A stretch of DNA of 53,606 bases, from assembly GCA_002327905.1 (NCBI GenBank), contig DCUY01000084.1:1512-55117 (forward strand). Reading direction: 5' to 3'. A model generated the notes under the pieces. It had not been told where the DNA came from and ran no database searches. It saw nothing but the letters and a program-made list of their open reading frames with translations. Every line of letters starts with the position of its first letter. Within the stretch, counting starts at the first letter, position 1. Position numbers and translations under genes: made by a program. The DNA is from a candidate division WOR-3 bacterium UBA2202. GTDB taxonomy: Bacteria; Hydrothermota; 32-111. Below are positions 51,601 through 53,606 of this stretch, in pieces.

Positions 51601-52333
51601 CCAAATTCTCTATTGAAGTGTCAAATGGGAATCTTATGAATATCGGTATTACCTGCCTGAATTCTCCTCCAGTGGAGAGTTCTGACAGGATTTTAGGAAA
51701 GAATCTGTTATTCTCATTTTTAAGTCTTTTGATTTTTGCGCAGGAAAAATTCGGACTCTTCATATCTGATGTATAGAATATTGAATTATTTTCAAATATT
51801 TTTATTTTCTTTGAAAGAAGAAGCATGAATCTCTTGTCAAATTGGATTTTATCGCATTCCCCCTTCTGCTGTATTCTGACTGCGGAGTTTATTCCCTCGC
51901 CCTTGAAAAAATAATTAAGGTTCTCTTTGCCTACTATTCCCCAGTCAATCACTCCGCTCGAAATACCGAGACGGATATGAAGCTTAGTCTTTTTTTTATC
52001 TTTATACTCTGTGAATACATTGATGATTGATTGAGCTATCAGAAGAACATCATCCGCTGAATTCTCATCAAAAAAAATAGCGGTAAATGCGTCTCCCGCA
52101 AAATTGGTGATAAATCCCTTATTGGAATAGACAATGTCAGTCACTCTTCCGAATGTCGAATTGAGCATCCTGCCCATATATTCGGCTCCGCCCTTTCCCT
52201 CTTTCATAAGATTTTCGACTGCAGGGGTGAAATTGACAATGTCTCCGCTTATAACATAACCGAAAAAACTGCCGTTTTTGCAGTTGTTTTTCAGATTCTC
52301 TAAAATAAATGTCGGTACAAGGTTTCTGTTCAT
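48683..52333 (-). CDS. Soluble-AC-like protein: two class III cyclase domains, AAA/STAND ATPase and TPR array
   Basis: GDIVNFT...FAGDA; DFGDKG...IGDIVNTSARL; FVGRENE, GESGTGKT, IFDDAMWMD, GNPLFLEQ; about 9 TPRs. Confidence 0.9.
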   Translation of the reverse strand: MNRNLVPTFILENLKNNCKNGSFFGYVISGDIVNFTPAVENLMKEGKGGAEYMGRMLNSTFGRVTDIVYSNKGFITNFAGDAFTAIFFDENSADDVLLIAQSIINVFTEYKDKKKTKLHIRLGISSGVIDWGIVGKENLNYFFKGEGINSAVRIQQKGECDKIQFDKRFMLLLSKKIKIFENNSIFYTSDMKSPNFSCAKIKRLKNENNRFFPKILSELSTGGEFRQVIPIFIRFPFDTSIENLDLISERLIAETVKFNGYLNKIDFGDKGGIALVIFGAPYAHEDMIDRAVQFSMSVKDELKDFSISIGIDYGVSYAGFIGSQFWQEYTVIGDIVNTSARLATFAENQLIVTSNIKEESKDFSFKKLDSIKLKGKNQPVDVFSVSQTKERFKGDFISPFVGRENETEEISKFIFKCSKANSPGFVNLIGESGTGKTRLAFESVNAHKMKYFYSNSDPIIKESMFPFKVFLSSILSFNLFDSDQTKIEMIDKYCIKYFHENCERFTAFLKYFFIQEEGFSIKNLSGKEKMEGTFFVIKEILMKHSSAGIHAYIFDDAMWMDDDSAEFIKYILRESDISPSIFMFLFREESKTTKKIDSIEIDKITVKLNNFQETNAKKFVEHFFKKSVSDELVSVLWQKSEGNPLFLEQLSLHLVDNNMVVSSGDVLVLKNADYEIPSNIDRLIVSRLDALSAVTRDGIQKASVIGKEFEVILLKHLLKDKNLNTVLLEGENNKIISLLSNQTAFFRHILLHEIAYKMQFENTLIRLHRKIALLYEQIFSENLLPYYETLYHHYKKSRNIKKSLFYLKKTIEKDIKAYSNENALILIDELLKMKIPNETRIEYSIKKGEILSHISKYESAMELYGRLTKDFKLSIMHSGTVHKGIGEALWAMGKYEDSLKEYDIAEKYYKKAEDPFGVSDIHEKKGIVFYNKGEYAKATEEFENALRYSKKDLIKTTSILSNLGLVLYRQGEYDKAMNFYSRSLKNAQSNGNLNDQALFLLRIGLIHFEKQDYKKALECYFNSLEMNSKIGNRRNEGVTLGNIGTVYNDMGETKKALEYLLKALKIDREINNLDNESIVLGNIANIYAVKGDYKMSLKYYMEALEVDRQIGSRWSEAIDLGNIGQMFKLQKNYSMSDKHFKMCIGIIKDMNARYPLAHFLLQRAQLQSDMKNFSLALKLAEESMSIAKEIKKEKTIQNAVNLIKKIKKSIKRANEN

Positions 52334-52363
52334 AAAAAAAAGGGGGAGATAAACTCCCCCCCC
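52334..52363 (-). terminator. Intrinsic terminator abutting the cyclase start codon
   Basis: Minus strand G8AG-TTTAT-CTCCCCC-T8-ATG. Confidence 0.8.
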
Positions 52364-52376
52364 GAAAAATCTAAAT

Positions 52377-53435
52377 TTACTTTACCTGAGGATAAGGTTG
52401 TATAATATCAACAGTATCAATTGTAGCATCAGGATATGTAACATACATTAGCAATCTGTAAAGAAATGTTTCATAGGGTGTCGTCATAATACCTGTTAAA
52501 TCGGCCGCGTGTGTTCCGTCTTTCTGAACTTCACCGGTGAAGTCAATGCTTGTGTATATTGTGTCTATTTCATTCGGCTCTTCGGCATTTATTGCCATGA
52601 ACCATTCTTCATTGTTCTCCATTGTGAAATCAGTTGTTTCGTCATCATTCATCTTGACAGTGTATTCAACCCATTCGTCATTGATAAAATCCTCAATTTT
52701 TGTTCTGAGTGAGTCTATTATTATTGTAGTATCTCCGTCCTCATGTCCCACATAATCAAGCTCCAATGCTGTTTCATCAGTAATTTCAAGATGTGTCTCC
52801 ACTGCAGTAGGTGAATACCATTCACCGCCTTCATCAGAGAGTGTTGTGAATGTGGCATGCATGTTCAAGAACATCAATGCGGCATTGTCTGCCTTCATTG
52901 CTATGTAAAGTCTTGTGGGAGTTGACTCATCCGCATCTCCTGCATAGTATGTGATTGAATCGAACAAAAGCTCAATAGCATGATTCTCTGCGGGAACAAC
53001 AGTCGTGTCAGTATAAATCCACTGAAATGCATAACCGTTTGCCGGTGTGTTTGGATCGGTCAATGCAAATTCATAGTATTCATATCCCCCAGCAGTATCA
53101 TAGATTGTGTCAAACACAAATGTGCCGTACTCATCACCTAAAAGAAGTTGAGGTGATTTCACTGTAGGTCTTAAAAAGTTAGACATATCAAGGAAATTAA
53201 GAGAGAATCCGCCCTTTGATGTTCCGCCTTTATTAAAGAAATCGCTCGTCGCACCCATTGCAAGAGTGCCGTTCTCTCCTTCAACTTCGCTTGTAGGGTC
53301 AGTAATAGTTGATTCAAAATCATTGATAAAATTCTTTGTATCCTCAACCTGAACTTTCGGGAAGAGGAAACATGATGTCATCATGATTGAAAAAACCACA
53401 ATGACTAAAACCGATAAAAAGCATCTTACTTTCAT
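52377..53435 (-). CDS. Acidic hypothetical lipoprotein
   Basis: MMTSC lipobox; SD AGGAGG; D/E/T-rich beta protein. Confidence 0.8.
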   Translation of the reverse strand: MKVRCFLSVLVIVVFSIMMTSCFLFPKVQVEDTKNFINDFESTITDPTSEVEGENGTLAMGATSDFFNKGGTSKGGFSLNFLDMSNFLRPTVKSPQLLLGDEYGTFVFDTIYDTAGGYEYYEFALTDPNTPANGYAFQWIYTDTTVVPAENHAIELLFDSITYYAGDADESTPTRLYIAMKADNAALMFLNMHATFTTLSDEGGEWYSPTAVETHLEITDETALELDYVGHEDGDTTIIIDSLRTKIEDFINDEWVEYTVKMNDDETTDFTMENNEEWFMAINAEEPNEIDTIYTSIDFTGEVQKDGTHAADLTGIMTTPYETFLYRLLMYVTYPDATIDTVDIIQPYPQVK

Positions 53436-53460
53436 TTGACCTCCTTTAATATTTTTATAT

Positions 53461-53489
53461 ATTCTATATTCTTTTTATTATAAAGTCAA
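53461..53489 (-). promoter_or_regulatory. sigma70 promoter
   Basis: TTGACT-N17-TAGAAT. Confidence 0.7.
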
Positions 53490-53516
53490 GAGGGGCACAA
53501 GACGCCAAGAGAAAAA

Positions 53517-53579
53517 CGCCTTGTGCCTTGTGCCGTATGCAAAAAACAGTTAATAGTTTATAGTTAATAGTTTATGGTT
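53517..53579. repeat. Composite heptamer repeat element, copy B
   Basis: GCCTTGT-GCCTTGT-GCCGTAT-GCAAAAAA then (AGTTAAT-AGTTTAT)x2-GGTT. Confidence 0.85.
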
Positions 53580-53606
53580 AAAATGCGGGGACAAGAATAA
53601 ATACAT

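Overview
AT-rich bacterial chromosomal segment, possibly a whole contig because repeat clusters sit at both ends. The organism is diderm: it has lipoproteins, beta-barrel-like proteins, a PorV-like protein and T9SS-like C-terminal tails. That suggests an FCB-adjacent lineage such as WOR-3/TA06, but this is inference only. Most genes are housekeeping: pcrA-gatCAB-eno-ftsB, trpS, rlmI-neuC, smc-ftsY, and a ~17.7 kb minus-strand run (lipoprotein, soluble-AC-like cyclase/STAND/TPR, methyltransferase, tRNA-Ala, pfkA, GT4, citD-citE fusion, citF, buk, PorV-like, PTS IIA, Zn-ribbon, LUD, rarA, znuACB). An accessory stretch at about 12.6-20.3 kb holds lipoproteins, pseudogenes, a chimeric gene and tandem GNATs. 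No integrase, transposase, rRNA or CRISPR array was seen. The best candidate for a new system is an intact NYN (LabA/DUF88) RNase gene faced by a near-consensus convergent sigma70 promoter that can only drive a ~55-nt structured RNA ending at the NYN stop codon. This may be an RNase plus RNA-antitoxin module, and it lies in a NUDIX-NYN cassette bracketed by REP-like and heptamer/octamer repeats. Other notable points: both tRNA genes overlap same-strand reading frames, the GNAT pair has homogenised ends around a variable middle, the fused CitD domain lacks its prosthetic-group serine, and one lipoprotein paralog appears to start at ATT.
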